IMG/VR virus record: IMGVR_UViG_644736339_000001
DNA from: a virus
Lineage: Duplodnaviria; Caudoviricetes
Length of the DNA: 64,000 nt
Reading direction: 5' to 3' (one strand)
A model generated the notes under the pieces. The model saw only the letters and a program-made list of their open reading frames with translations. It ran no database searches and had not been told where the DNA came from. This document shows, in pieces, positions 31,471 through 41,947 of this stretch. The first letter of the stretch is position 1. Every line of letters begins with the position of its first letter. The translations under genes and the position numbers were made by a program.

Positions 31471-31507
31471 CGCAGGATCCTTCACGGCAACCGCCCGCAC
31501 GACTCCA

Positions 31508-31888
31508 TCACAACGCCTCGTTCCACCTGGTCGGAATCCCGGCCCGCTCTGCCGCATGCCCGGTATGACTGGCGCTGGCGGAACCGTTGCGGCAGAAGAC
31601 CACGCACACGTCCGCTCCGCGGTCGACCATCTGCTGGTTGCGGATGAACCCGGCAGCACGGCCGTGTTCGCTCCAGCGGGCCGGATGTCGCTCAACAACC
31701 CAGCCGCGCGCCAGAGCATGCTGCTCGGCAAGCCGGTCCGCGCCGGACGGGCAGGCGCCGGACATGAGGGTGACGGAAGCCGGGTCGGTAACGCCGGCTT
31801 CTTCAACTAGCTGGTCAAGCTCATCAACTATCCGAGTCCGGTCGATCCACGACCGCAACCCGGTGACCAGAGTCCGCAGGTCAGGCAT
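31508..31888 (-). CDS. SLOG family (YspA/DUF2493-like) protein
   Basis: LVTGLRSW, SGACPSGADRLA, HPARWSEHGRAAGFIRNQQMV, AERAGIP. Confidence 0.85.
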   Translation of the reverse strand: MPDLRTLVTGLRSWIDRTRIVDELDQLVEEAGVTDPASVTLMSGACPSGADRLAEQHALARGWVVERHPARWSEHGRAAGFIRNQQMVDRGADVCVVFCRNGSASASHTGHAAERAGIPTRWNEAL

Positions 31889-34800
31889 CGCCGCCGTCCT
31901 CCACGACCTCGAACGTAACCGTCACCCTGAAAATGACCTTCGGCTGCGACCTCGAAGCCATCGCCTGGTACCCGGCACGCTGGGCTTTCGCGTCGGCGAT
32001 GCCGTGAAACAGCGGCGGCAGGTGAAAGAGCCACGAGGTCTTCTTTCGTACCGGCGTCGCAAAATCGGCGTTCTCGACCAGGTAGCCGACGAACGGCTTC
32101 GGGACCTTCAGACGCTGCTTCAGATCGGCCAGCCCGGCTTGCGGATCTACGGCGGCCATTTCGCGCTGCACGCGTTCCGCTTCACGCTTGAGCAGCGCTA
32201 CCACGTCACTTGCGTCCTTGGCCTCTGCCCGGATGTCAGTCATCGTCGTCGCCTTTCTGCCAGCGCCTCATCGCACGCCTGTAGTTCCAGCAGGAGAGCG
32301 CAGCCAGGGTCCAGGAGAACACCGCCAACCCAACACGATCCGGACTCGCCCAAAGCCCGATGACGCTTTCCGGGATGAGGACTAGGACGCATATCGCGCA
32401 GCCAACGCGGGCAAGTACAACGTCCTGGCGCCGCAGTCGCGCGCTCACCGTCCCGCCTTCCGCCGCGCCCGTTCCTGCTCGACGCGCAGCCCGTACCCGA
32501 CGGCGAACGCCAGGGTGAGCGCGACGGCAATGCTGATCACGTCAGCCACTGGTCGCCTCCTTGCTGTCGTCCTCAACGACACGCCACCCGCTAACGAGGC
32601 GCCTCACCAGCGCGCTCTCAACGGGGCTCTGTTCGGCGCGGTCGATCGCCAGGTACTGCTCCAGTGCGGCGCGGGCGCCTTCCTCGGTGTCGCAGATGGC
32701 GTAGCCGTGGCTGGCGTGGTCGCCCGTGGTCCAGGTGCGGCGCACGCCCCACTCGTCGTTCAGCTCCGCTGCAATCAGCTCCCGCGCCTGCTGCTCGATC
32801 AGCGGGATGACGGCAGCCAGCATCGAGCGCAGCGCACGCCAAGTAGCGATGTGGTCGGCTGAGTGAATGTCGTCGTAGTAGCCATCGTGCGCGACCACCA
32901 GCCACTCGTCCGGCACTTCCTCGGGTGTCATGCTCTCTCCCAGCTGGTCGCCAGGTGGCGCACGACGTGGTGCTGGATCGTTCCGCCGCCGAACGTCAGG
33001 AAGCGGCTGTAACGGTCGGCCAGGTGGCTCGCGTGCTGTAGGTCGTCGCAGGGCTGAGCGCGTTCACTGTCCTCGCTCTGCACGCCGAACTCTTCCCGCA
33101 GCCCGAGTTGCGTCAGGACGGCAGCGATCTCAACACGCAGCCACGCCTCCCAGTCCAGGCCTTGGCCTGCCGCCGACCACCAACCATCGTGCGCGGCTTG
33201 AACAAGTACGGGCGGCACGTCTTCTGGCGTCCATGACGTCGTTGCATCGCTTGCGGGCTCCGGAGCAGTCGGCGAGCCAGGTTCTGACTTGCCTTCGAGC
33301 TGCTTGATCTCCATCTCCTGCCCGATCGACCCGATCTCGTCGGCAATGCGGGCGCGCAGGTGCTTCACCTCGTTCTCCGCGGCCGTCGCGCGCTCCATAG
33401 TGCGCATGAGGCGCTTTGCGACATCACGGTTCAGGGTCTTTACCCGCTCCACCTCAGCCTCGGCGGACTTGCGCGCCTCGTGGGCCCAGCCAACGCGGGT
33501 GGCCAGCTTCTCGTTCTCGGCACGTAGCGTCTTGAACTCAGCCACGAGCGCAGTCGCAACCTCGTTTGCGTCTCGCAGCCGGGTTACCTCGCCCAGCAGC
33601 TTGCGGACTGTCTCCTGGTCAGGGTCGCACACGACATGAATCTTCGTCTCAGACATCGAGTGTCCCCTCGGGAAGTTTCCGCTTGCTGGTGACGTAGGCC
33701 AGCTTCTCGTTGCCGACCACCGTCCACGACGTCACGAACGAACCGTTCCGGTCCAGGCTCACCATCTCGGCCTGCGTAATCTCGGTGGACCCGCCTTCGC
33801 GGGCCAGCAGGATCGCCAGCGCATCCTCAGCTTCACGTTGGCGGGCACGGTGGCCTTCAAGTTCCGCCCGCAGCTTCTCGTTCTCCCGCTCCGCCTTCGC
33901 CAGCCGGTCCAGCGCCGAGTTCAAATGCTCGACGTCGAGTTCGGATCCGTCGGCAAGCAGCAGCCTGCGCGAAAGCCACCCGTGCTGAGCGAGTTCAGCG
34001 AGCCACGTCGCGCAGAACTGACGCAGCACGGCCAGGTCCGGCGTGACCTCCGGGCGTCCTTCGGCGTGGTCTTTCATCCACCACCAGCCGTCGCCGCGGT
34101 GGACACCGTGGCCGGCGATGCGGTCGCAGACCATGCGGGTGCCGTCGTCGGCGCGGAAAGTGTCGCCGCAGTTGCCGGGGCCGACGTGGGCGCGCATCCG
34201 GTCCACCTCGTCGAGGAGTTCGGCCGCGATGAGCCATGCGCGGGAGTCGCCCGGGTCGTCAGACCATGCGCCTGTCTCGATCTCGGGTCGGATCTCCGTC
34301 AGGCGTTCCTCTGCCATAGGGTCGCTCATCGCAGCTCCTCGGCCTCGGTCTCGTGCGGCTCCATCTGGTACAGATCGACAATCGCCTGGTAGGCCTCGTC
34401 GTCAGTCAGGTTGCTTTTCGGCGCCAGCCAGTCCTGGTTGTCGATGACGTACACCTGGCGGAGCCAGGGTTTCGGCGGTGGCGGGATCGTCCGGTCAATG
34501 CACGCCAGCAGCTTGCTAACCGCAGCGCGGATCAGGCGTCCGATGCGGGCGACAGCGTCGTCAAGTTCGCCTTCGGTCTCGTCGTCGTCCTCGATGCTCT
34601 CGAAAGTCATCGTTCGACTCCCGCCGGTGCGACCTGCTCGGCCGTGGTCCAGCTGTAGAACAAGTCTGGGTTGTGGTGGTCATCGCCGAGATGGCCGGCG
34701 TCCTGCCAGCAGCGGTACTCCACGTCCACGTGCTCCGGGTTCGCACAGCGGCGGGTCGGCCGGTACAGGCTCGAGCACTGCTTGGCGTCAGGGTCAAGGC

Positions 34801-34960
34801 GCTCAGGGTTGGTGCCGTCGCTGTCCCAGGCAATGCCGCAGCGGTCGCATTGCAGGCCGTCCGGGTAGACGTCGGTGTAGTCGCCGCAGATCGGGCAGTG
34901 CGGCGTCAGAAACTCCAGGTCGCCCGGAAGTGTTCGGACATTCTCAGTTGGGGTGCTCAT
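31881..34960 (-). other. Coupled hypotheticals (34607-34960 Zn-binding, 34326-34610, 33649-34329, 32928-33656 coiled coil, 32542-32931, 32236-32448 membrane, 31881-32243)
   Basis: Overlap chain. Confidence 0.65.
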
Positions 34961-34961
34961 G

Positions 34962-35276
34962 TCAGGCTCCTGCCTGGTCGGGGCGTGATTCGTCTTCGTC
35001 AAGCGCGGCTCGAACCCGCGCAGCCTGATCGGCCCGTCCGCGCCGATACGCCTCGTTCACGCGCTCGTCGGCCAGGTCCGCCGGCTCGATGCGCAACCAT
35101 CCGCAGATCCGCACAAGCGTCTGCGCGTCGCACATCTGCTTCTTGGCCATGAGCCGGGTGATCGTGCTCGGGCTGGCGGCGACTTCGTGGGCGAAGTCCT
35201 GCTGCAGCATGCGGCGGCGGGCAAGCTCCGCGCGAATCAGGGACGGAAGGTTGGCCAGCAGGTCAGGCATCGTCAT
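34962..35276 (-). CDS. XRE-family HTH protein
   Basis: RRRMLQQDFAHEVAASPSTITRL...DAQTLVRICGWL. Confidence 0.8.
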   Translation of the reverse strand: MTMPDLLANLPSLIRAELARRRMLQQDFAHEVAASPSTITRLMAKKQMCDAQTLVRICGWLRIEPADLADERVNEAYRRGRADQAARVRAALDEDESRPDQAGA

Positions 35277-35754
35277 CGCCGCCGTCCGGAATCTCTTCCA
35301 CCCGTTCGATCAGCGACCAATCAGTACCAACAAGTCCGACACGCTCGGCATCAGGGGACGTCCAGTTCGCGCAGGCATACCAGCGGGCTCCGCTGTAGAG
35401 CTGCCCGACAACGGCCACGGATGATCCGCCGGACTTCCAGAACAGGCGGTAGGCGCCCAGCGCGCGGTGCCGCATCTGCTTGCCGAGGTCAGCTTCTTCG
35501 GTGATGGCCGGCACGCGAAGGTTCAGGATGTCCTGATGCACGTCGGCCGGATGCCGACCCTCGGCAAGAGCGATGTCGAAGACGGCCTTGTCCCGGTCGT
35601 ACTCGGTCGGCTCGTGCAGCATCCGAACCGTATGACCCTTGGTGACCATCAGGTAGGCGGCGCGGCCAAACTCACCCACCTCCCAGCCGTTGGCCAGCAG
35701 GTAGGTGCGGATCTGGTCGGCGGTGGGAACGGCGTGCTCAGACATCGTCGCCAC
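35263..35754 (-). CDS. Hypothetical protein
   Basis: IRTYLLANGWE; overlap-coupled. Confidence 0.6.
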   Translation of the reverse strand: MATMSEHAVPTADQIRTYLLANGWEVGEFGRAAYLMVTKGHTVRMLHEPTEYDRDKAVFDIALAEGRHPADVHQDILNLRVPAITEEADLGKQMRHRALGAYRLFWKSGGSSVAVVGQLYSGARWYACANWTSPDAERVGLVGTDWSLIERVEEIPDGGDDDA

Positions 35755-36024
35755 CGCCGTTCGCCGCGTCGATCAGCACTGCGCGGCTTGCCTCGACCTG
35801 CTCCCGCGATGGCATCCGCCCCGACCGTTCCGCAGCCGGATGAGTTGCCATGTGCGCAGCGATCACGTCGGCATCGGTAAGCGGGCTGCCGTAGCCAAGC
35901 GGCGCTACAACCCAGGTCGGGGTGCACCACGGCGGAACCTCGGCAGTGACGTCGAGCGAAAGCGGACTTGCCATTGCACGGTGAAACCAGCCGCAGTCAA
36001 AGACCCGGCAGTGGGTGCTGGTGA

Positions 36025-36264
36025 TCACTTGACACCTCGCATCTTCACGCCCTTGCGCCGGTCCTTGACCGTCTCGACGATGAACGCGCCCAGAAGCACC
36101 AAGCCGATGACGGCGATCGCAGCGGCGGCCGAGATCCAGAGCGGCGACAGCACCCACCACCAGGACCACGACAGCACGTGCGTCAGCTTCAGCGCGATGA
36201 ACAGAATCGTCAGGGCGCCGGTGAAACCGAGGCCTCCGCTGGTGGTGCTGTTCGAGTCGGACAT
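36025..36264 (-). CDS. Small two-TM phage membrane protein
   Basis: GLGFTGALTILFIALKLTHVLSWSWWWVLSPLWI. Confidence 0.8.
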   Translation of the reverse strand: MSDSNSTTSGGLGFTGALTILFIALKLTHVLSWSWWWVLSPLWISAAAAIAVIGLVLLGAFIVETVKDRRKGVKMRGVK

Positions 36265-36454
36265 GATCAGGCTCCTTCGGTGGTGGTGACGTTCGAAAGC
36301 AGGGGATCTACATGACCTGCATGAATTGCGGCGGTCTCCATGGCCTCGGCAATCGACATGCCGGAATCGATCAGCTCTTGGGCGCGGAGGTACAGCGTCG
36401 TAGCGATCTCACGCTGCTCGGCAGTCAGCGACGCCCAACGGGGGCGGTCCTCGA

Positions 36455-36835
36455 TCACGGCGCACTCCACGGGTTGTGATCGGTCGTCGGCCATGACCAC
36501 AGCACGCCCCACGGTTTGGCGACCGGCACCAGGCCAACTTTCTCCGGGGCTGCGCAGGTCAGGACCCCATCCGTCAGGTGCTGGTGGGCGCTGAAAGCGC
36601 TAGTGCTCGACAGGGTCAGGCAGCACCGGGCGCAGTGCGCTGCCCTGCTGCCGGTCCAGGAGGCTCCACAGCGCGGATGCGAGACAGGTCCGTCGGCACG
36701 GAGCACCCTCGGTCCAATGGCCCCGTTTCGCTCAAGTGGGTGTTGCTGTCGCAGAGCAAGAGTTCGCGCGGAACTCGGAAGCCGCCGAAGCCTCTGCGGG
36801 ACGCTCAGGGCTTCGCTCGCGACGGCGGCCGTCAT
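36455..36835 (-). CDS. FDXHR-type zinc-binding protein
   Basis: HPRCGASWTGSRAAHCARCCLTLSSTSAFSAHQ. Confidence 0.65.
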   Translation of the reverse strand: MTAAVASEALSVPQRLRRLPSSARTLALRQQHPLERNGAIGPRVLRADGPVSHPRCGASWTGSRAAHCARCCLTLSSTSAFSAHQHLTDGVLTCAAPEKVGLVPVAKPWGVLWSWPTTDHNPWSAP

Positions 36836-36974
36836 TGCATCCTCGCAGCGACAGCCTTTACGGCATCCGATACGTGCCCGAGCGCATAGCCCGCAGCCGG
36901 CGCGGCCACTGCAAAGAAGCCGCAAACCACCGCCGCCATCAGCGGGAATCGCCACCACCAGCCGTCCGCGCGCT

Positions 36975-37310
36975 TCACGCCGCACGCCCCGAGTCCGCGG
37001 ACTGCCGACCCAGGCCACTGCGAACCTTCGCCAGCCGCCGATGCTGCGAGATCTTCTCCGCCTGCGCCAGTACCAGCGCTTTCGGCAACCGCAGCCACTC
37101 CTCCTCGAGCGCCGCCGCCACAATCGCGTTCCGGCCCTGCACGCCCAGCTTTGCGCTGATCCGCGCCAGGTGACTCTTGATCGTGTATTCGGAGATCTTG
37201 AAGTGCCTGCCGAGTTCGATGTTGGTCTGGCCCAGCGCCAGCCGCTTTACGATCTGCAGCTCGCGCTTGGTCGGCTCCTCGCCGTACTCCGGCAGGTCGG
37301 CCCGGCTCAC
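36975..37310 (-). CDS. LuxR-type HTH regulator
   Basis: PTKRELQIVKRLALGQTNIELGRHFKISEYTIKSHLARISAKLGV. Confidence 0.88.
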   Translation of the reverse strand: MSRADLPEYGEEPTKRELQIVKRLALGQTNIELGRHFKISEYTIKSHLARISAKLGVQGRNAIVAAALEEEWLRLPKALVLAQAEKISQHRRLAKVRSGLGRQSADSGRAA

Positions 37311-37720
37311 GCCGCAGCCTTCCGCTTCTCGTCGTAGCGGACCTTTGCCGCTGCGCGCTGCTGCTTGCGCTTCTCGCTCATCCGGTCGTCCTCCGCGGTG
37401 CCGGCCCAGATCCCGGACACGCTGTTGACGCCCAGCTCGCGTTCCATGTGCGCCAGCAGCTCGGCGCACTTCTCCAGAACCGGGCAGGTGAGGCAGGCCT
37501 TCTTCGCCTCTTCGATCTGCCGTAGCCACGGGCCGGTGTTGCCCATGGGAAACCAGCGATCCATGTCGCCGGAGTTGGCGCAGACGCCGCGCAGGCGCCA
37601 GTTGTCTTCCGACTCCGGCTCGGCGGGTGCCTGGTAGCGGGTGGTGCTGGACTGGATTGTGGTGTCGGTCCGCGGGACTCGCCCGTGGATGGGTCCGTCG
37701 GTGCGCAGGAGCGGGGTCAT
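37307..37720 (-). CDS. WhiB-family transcription factor
   Basis: W...C...WFP...AKKACLTCPVLEKC...GIWAG. Confidence 0.92.
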   Translation of the reverse strand: MTPLLRTDGPIHGRVPRTDTTIQSSTTRYQAPAEPESEDNWRLRGVCANSGDMDRWFPMGNTGPWLRQIEEAKKACLTCPVLEKCAELLAHMERELGVNSVSGIWAGTAEDDRMSEKRKQQRAAAKVRYDEKRKAAA

Positions 37721-37793
37721 GGCGGTCCTCCTAGATGTTTTGACTGGTCTGGACGGGTTTTCGATGGCTGTCGAACTATTGACCTGTCGTCAG

Positions 37794-38066
37794 CTACTTG
37801 CCGGTAGATGCCAGTGCGGCGGCATCCCGCACCTCAGCGACGCGCCTGGCCAGCCACGCCCGGCAGTTCCGCAGCGACCGTGGATCCGACGGACTCGACG
37901 GCACCGTGCCGATGAACGCATCGGTCGAGGTGGTGACCCGCAGGTGGTTGCGGCTGCCGGGCTTCACAGTCAGGCCGATGTCGCCCAGGGCTTTGCGGAA
38001 CACTGCAACCGAAGTCACCGGCAAGCCGCGGATCTGCTCGGGAGTGGGTATCGCGGGGTCCTTCAC
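37794..38066 (-). CDS. HicA-like protein
   Basis: GLTVKPGSRNHLRV...TVPSSPSDPRSLRNCRAWL. Confidence 0.65.
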   Translation of the reverse strand: MKDPAIPTPEQIRGLPVTSVAVFRKALGDIGLTVKPGSRNHLRVTTSTDAFIGTVPSSPSDPRSLRNCRAWLARRVAEVRDAAALASTGK

Positions 38067-38767
38067 GGCCGGGCCTGGCCTTCAATGTCGCCTGCGGCCC
38101 CAACCTGCTGCCGTGCTTCAAGCGCAGCCTTGGCCCGCTTCCCGAACCGGTTGGCCAGCACCGCCAGCCGCATCTCGTAGGCGGTGCCCTCGCCGTACAG
38201 GTACCAGCCGACGTGCATGGCATCCTCGGCTGCCTGCTGCCGAAGCTGACCGCACTCGTCGAGGATCTTCCGCAGCTCGCCGGCGGTAATGACCAGCTCG
38301 GTCGCGTCGGTGACGGCAGGGTTGGCAAGCAGCTGCCGGGAGCTGACGGTCTCCCGACCCGCGCACGTGCAGTCAGCGACGTTCTTGCCGCAGTCGACGT
38401 GGTAGATCTCCGACGCGTGTCCGCCGCAGCCGTTGCCGCAGTCCGGGCACGCGGGCCGGTCGACCTTGGTTTCGTAGTCGGCGGGGCTGCCGTCGGTCAC
38501 CACGGCGCCTGCCTTCACGCAGTCCGGGCAGTAGTCGCCGGCCGGCGTGCAGAACCAGCCGACGGTGCGCAGGTGGGTGCGGGCGACTTCGAACTGCTCA
38601 GACTTGGTGGACTCGGCGGCCACGAGGTAGTCGGCGGTGTTCTCAGTGCCGCACTCGTCGCAGAAGATGCACAACTGCGTCGGGTACGGCGTGCTGTCGT
38701 CGTCGAGGTCGGCCAGTCGGGGCGCGTTGTCGGGCGTGATCAGGCCGGGGGTGCGGGTGTCAGTCAT
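38063..38767 (-). CDS. Cys-rich zinc-binding hypothetical protein
   Basis: Multiple CxxC motifs. Confidence 0.6.
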   Translation of the reverse strand: MTDTRTPGLITPDNAPRLADLDDDSTPYPTQLCIFCDECGTENTADYLVAAESTKSEQFEVARTHLRTVGWFCTPAGDYCPDCVKAGAVVTDGSPADYETKVDRPACPDCGNGCGGHASEIYHVDCGKNVADCTCAGRETVSSRQLLANPAVTDATELVITAGELRKILDECGQLRQQAAEDAMHVGWYLYGEGTAYEMRLAVLANRFGKRAKAALEARQQVGAAGDIEGQARP

Positions 38768-39170
38768 CGCTCTGGTCTCCTTCGGGAAAGTCGATGTGCA
38801 GATCTCGCCGCGCGTCCTGCGTGAGATGCGGACGCCACAGCCCCTGCGCGCCCTTGCACAGCACCGGCTCGGCCAACGGACGCACATCGGACAGCACCCA
38901 GTGGTGACATCCGGCCTCGGCCCACGGGCTGCACTTGCCGTTGCAGACGTGGATGTCGGCAAGGGTGGCGACGGCAATGATCGAAGACCGGACGTCGGCG
39001 CCGTCTACCAGCGTCACGCTGGCCGGGTACGGGTCGGCCTGCTTGGCGGCGTGGATCAGCAAGGTGTCGCGCCAGGCGGTGCCCCAGGTGCGGTTCTCGA
39101 CGCGTTTGGTGCCGTGGGCGATCAGCGCCGCCCACGGCTGGCGGATCGTCAGGGCACGGACGTCGGTCAT
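38760..39170 (-). CDS. ASCH domain protein
   Basis: RALTIRQPWAALIAHGTKRVENRTW...LLIHAA...KGAQGLW. Confidence 0.9.
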   Translation of the reverse strand: MTDVRALTIRQPWAALIAHGTKRVENRTWGTAWRDTLLIHAAKQADPYPASVTLVDGADVRSSIIAVATLADIHVCNGKCSPWAEAGCHHWVLSDVRPLAEPVLCKGAQGLWRPHLTQDARRDLHIDFPEGDQSDD

Positions 39171-39711
39171 TGCCCCGTCACCTCGCCATCGATCCACTCG
39201 CCGGCGAACTCGTAGTTCACATCCGCGCCGTCGGTGTCCCACCGGATGCCGCAGTCGTTGCAGAAGAAGCGACGGTGGAACGAGTCGTAGCCGGTCTGTT
39301 CCTGGCAGCCGGGGCACACGACGGCGGTCAGGTCCAGCGGCGGGGGAGCAATGCGGTTGGCTTGCTGGGCGGAGATTGCGGGTCTGGTCATCACGCACCC
39401 GCCTCGGAGGTCGCGGACTCGGCGGCAACCCACTCCGTGATGGTGACTTCGCGCGGCTCAACGCGGTACGCCTCGATCTTGTCGGCGCTGTCGTAGCAGT
39501 ACCACCACGGCAGCTCACTGTTGTCGCCCTTGTCCTCGGACTTGGTAATGGCCCACGTGGTGTCGTCGGCCGGGTCGCGGAAGACGATCTGCCAGTTGAT
39601 GTACCAGCGGTGTTCGTCCTCGCCGAAGCGGGCCAGGACGTTGTCCCCGGGCAACCCGAGGGTTTCGAGCTGATCGACGGTGAAGGTGCGGCGGATCTCG
39701 GTGTTCGGCAT
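39167..39711 (-). other. Two hypotheticals (39391-39711; 39167-39391 Zn ribbon)
   Basis: Overlap chain. Confidence 0.6.
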
Positions 39712-39758
39712 GTCAGTTCTCCGTGGTCTCTGGTCTCGGGTTTCGTGTCTCGGACGGG

Positions 39759-40283
39759 CTAAAAAGGCGGCTCGGTATCGCCACCGGCTCCCCACCCACC
39801 GCCGCCGTTCCCGCCACCCCAGCCGCCACCGCCCGTGTTCTGCTGCTGGCCGCTGCGGTTGCCGGAGGGCTGGCCCTGGCTTTGGGGCTGTCCGCCGCCG
39901 GAGTTCCCACCGCCGCCGCCACGGTTGGCCTTGGTGATCTTCGCGGTGGCGAACCGCAGCGACGGCGCGACCTCGTCGGCGATAACTTTCATGGCGGTGC
40001 GCTTCTCGCCGGTGTTCTTGTCGTTCCAGGTCTCGGAGGCTGCGCGGCCGGTCACGATGACGGCGCACCCTTTCTCGCAGGATTCGGCCACGTTCTCGGC
40101 GAGGTCGCCGAACGCAGTGCAGTTCCACCACGTCGTGTCGGTGTCGGACCACTCGTTCGAGGTCTTATCGAGAACGCGCCGGCTGGTGACGACGGAGAAG
40201 CGGGCGATGGCTTTGCCGCTGGAGCCGAACTTCAGCTCGGGCGGCTGTCCGATGCGGCCGACGATGGTGACGGGGATACTCAT
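39759..40283 (-). CDS. ssb: Single-stranded DNA-binding protein
   Basis: VTIVGRIGQPPELKF, WWNCTAFGDLAENV, Gly-rich linker, acidic tail DTEPPF. Confidence 0.95.
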   Translation of the reverse strand: MSIPVTIVGRIGQPPELKFGSSGKAIARFSVVTSRRVLDKTSNEWSDTDTTWWNCTAFGDLAENVAESCEKGCAVIVTGRAASETWNDKNTGEKRTAMKVIADEVAPSLRFATAKITKANRGGGGGNSGGGQPQSQGQPSGNRSGQQQNTGGGGWGGGNGGGGWGAGGDTEPPF

Positions 40284-40291
40284 GAGGGTCC

Positions 40292-41192
40292 TTAGCGGGT
40301 CTCGGTATGGGTTCGGGTTGCGGTGCCGTACACGTCTGCGAGGGCTTCGGCGCGGTGCTGGGCCTGCTGCTGCGGCGTGTACGGGGCATTCGGGTCCGGC
40401 TTCGACAGGCGCGGGATCGGACGGGCGCGTTCGGCTTCGAGGTGCGCGACCCGCTTGGCGAGGATGGCGTTCACGGCAGCCACCCCAGAAGCGCGGACTG
40501 CAGACGCCCGGGGTGAACGCCGTCGATGCGCAGCCCGTTCGGTCCGCGGCAGCCATCACCAACGCCGGCCACGCACTCCGGGCAGATGGCGGCCTTCACC
40601 GCATACGCGTCCAGGCGCCCCGGGTGCGGCTTGGACATCACACGCTGGCCGGCAGCCGTGCAGTGCTGGCCCGGCGCGGCCTTGCAGAACGGGCAGCGCG
40701 CGGATTCGGCTGCCTGCCGCTCGGCACGACCGGGCCGGTTCGCTATCTCCGGCGGCGCCGGACGGGCAGCAGCGCGGTCGGCATCCAGGCGGGCCGCGGA
40801 CTGCTGGGCACGCTCGTGCGCGGCGAGGCTGGCGATACCGGCAGCCATACGGGCACCGTCGCCCGGCTCGGCGTTCACGGCGCGACCCCAGTAGCGACGT
40901 CGAGATCATCGTTGGCGTCCTCGAGCCAGTCGTCGCCGGAGCTCATGACCTCGCCGATGACGAGCGCGAGCATCTCCGCGGACTCGGGATGGACCTCGAC
41001 AAACCTGCGCAGTACCGCAGCCAGAGTCCAGGCATAAACCCCGGCAGTTGCCAAGCCCTCGAAGGCGTCGAAGTCGGCGGAGGTGGAGTTCGAGTGCTTC
41101 ATCGCCGCCAGGTAGGCCTTGCTGCGCTCGCAAAGATCATGCGAGTCGGCAACAAGTTCGCGGCGCAGATCGGTGATGTTGCGCGTGGCCAT
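40292..41192 (-). other. Three small proteins (40875-41192; 40471-40878 twin CPxC zinc fingers; 40292-~40474)
   Basis: Overlap chain. Confidence 0.6.
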
Positions 41193-41194
41193 GG

Positions 41195-41947
41195 TCAGGC
41201 TCCTTCGGAAACGGGTTCAATCAGGCGGCGGGCGGCAGTTAGCCGGCCGGGGTGAACGCCGTGCGCATACGGCTGCCCGACGGCATGGCATCCGGATTCG
41301 GGCTCGGCCCGGCACTCCGGGCACTGCGCGACGGCAACAGCCCACGTCTCGGCGCGTGACGGATGCGGCGAGGACATGACCCGGCCGCCGCCGGTAACGC
41401 ACCGCACGCCAGGTGCGGCGTTGCACTGAGGGCAGCGGATTGACCGGACGCCGATACGCCGGTCGGCCAGGACGTCGCGGATCTCATCAGGCAGCGCGCG
41501 GATATCCGCGATGCCCGACAGGACGGCCTCCAGCTCAGGCTTCTGGCGGCTGGACAGCTCACGGACCGCGTTCTGCGTCGGCTGGCCATCACCAACAGCG
41601 CGCAGCTCTGCCCGCAGCCGGGCAGCAGACTGGTAGCCGGTCTCGCCAGGAACGGGTTCGTAGACGTAGTTCGCCGCCTGGTGGCGCCGTTCGCGGATTT
41701 CACCAACAAGCTCAATCAGCACCGGGGCGGTGAGGCGGAACCGCTGAGCCGGCGGCTGCTTCGGCCAGTGGATCGAGTAGTAGCGGGACACAGCCGCGAG
41801 GGCATCGTCGTAGCCGACCTGAGCGACGTTGAGGTCCGTGTACCAGGCGGCGATGTCGTTGGCACCGATGCTGCGCTGGTCACGCCGCGCCGCCTCCTGC
41901 AGAAGCCGGTTGGTTTCGTCGTCGGTGATGAACTCGTTGGGGTTCAT
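41195..41947 (-). CDS. Putative helicase loader/inhibitor-like protein with twin zinc fingers
   Basis: Directly after rep; DQRSIGANDIAAW...ALAAVSRYY; CPQCNAAPG...HPSR, CPECRA...HPGR. Confidence 0.6.
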   Translation of the reverse strand: MNPNEFITDDETNRLLQEAARRDQRSIGANDIAAWYTDLNVAQVGYDDALAAVSRYYSIHWPKQPPAQRFRLTAPVLIELVGEIRERRHQAANYVYEPVPGETGYQSAARLRAELRAVGDGQPTQNAVRELSSRQKPELEAVLSGIADIRALPDEIRDVLADRRIGVRSIRCPQCNAAPGVRCVTGGGRVMSSPHPSRAETWAVAVAQCPECRAEPESGCHAVGQPYAHGVHPGRLTAARRLIEPVSEGA

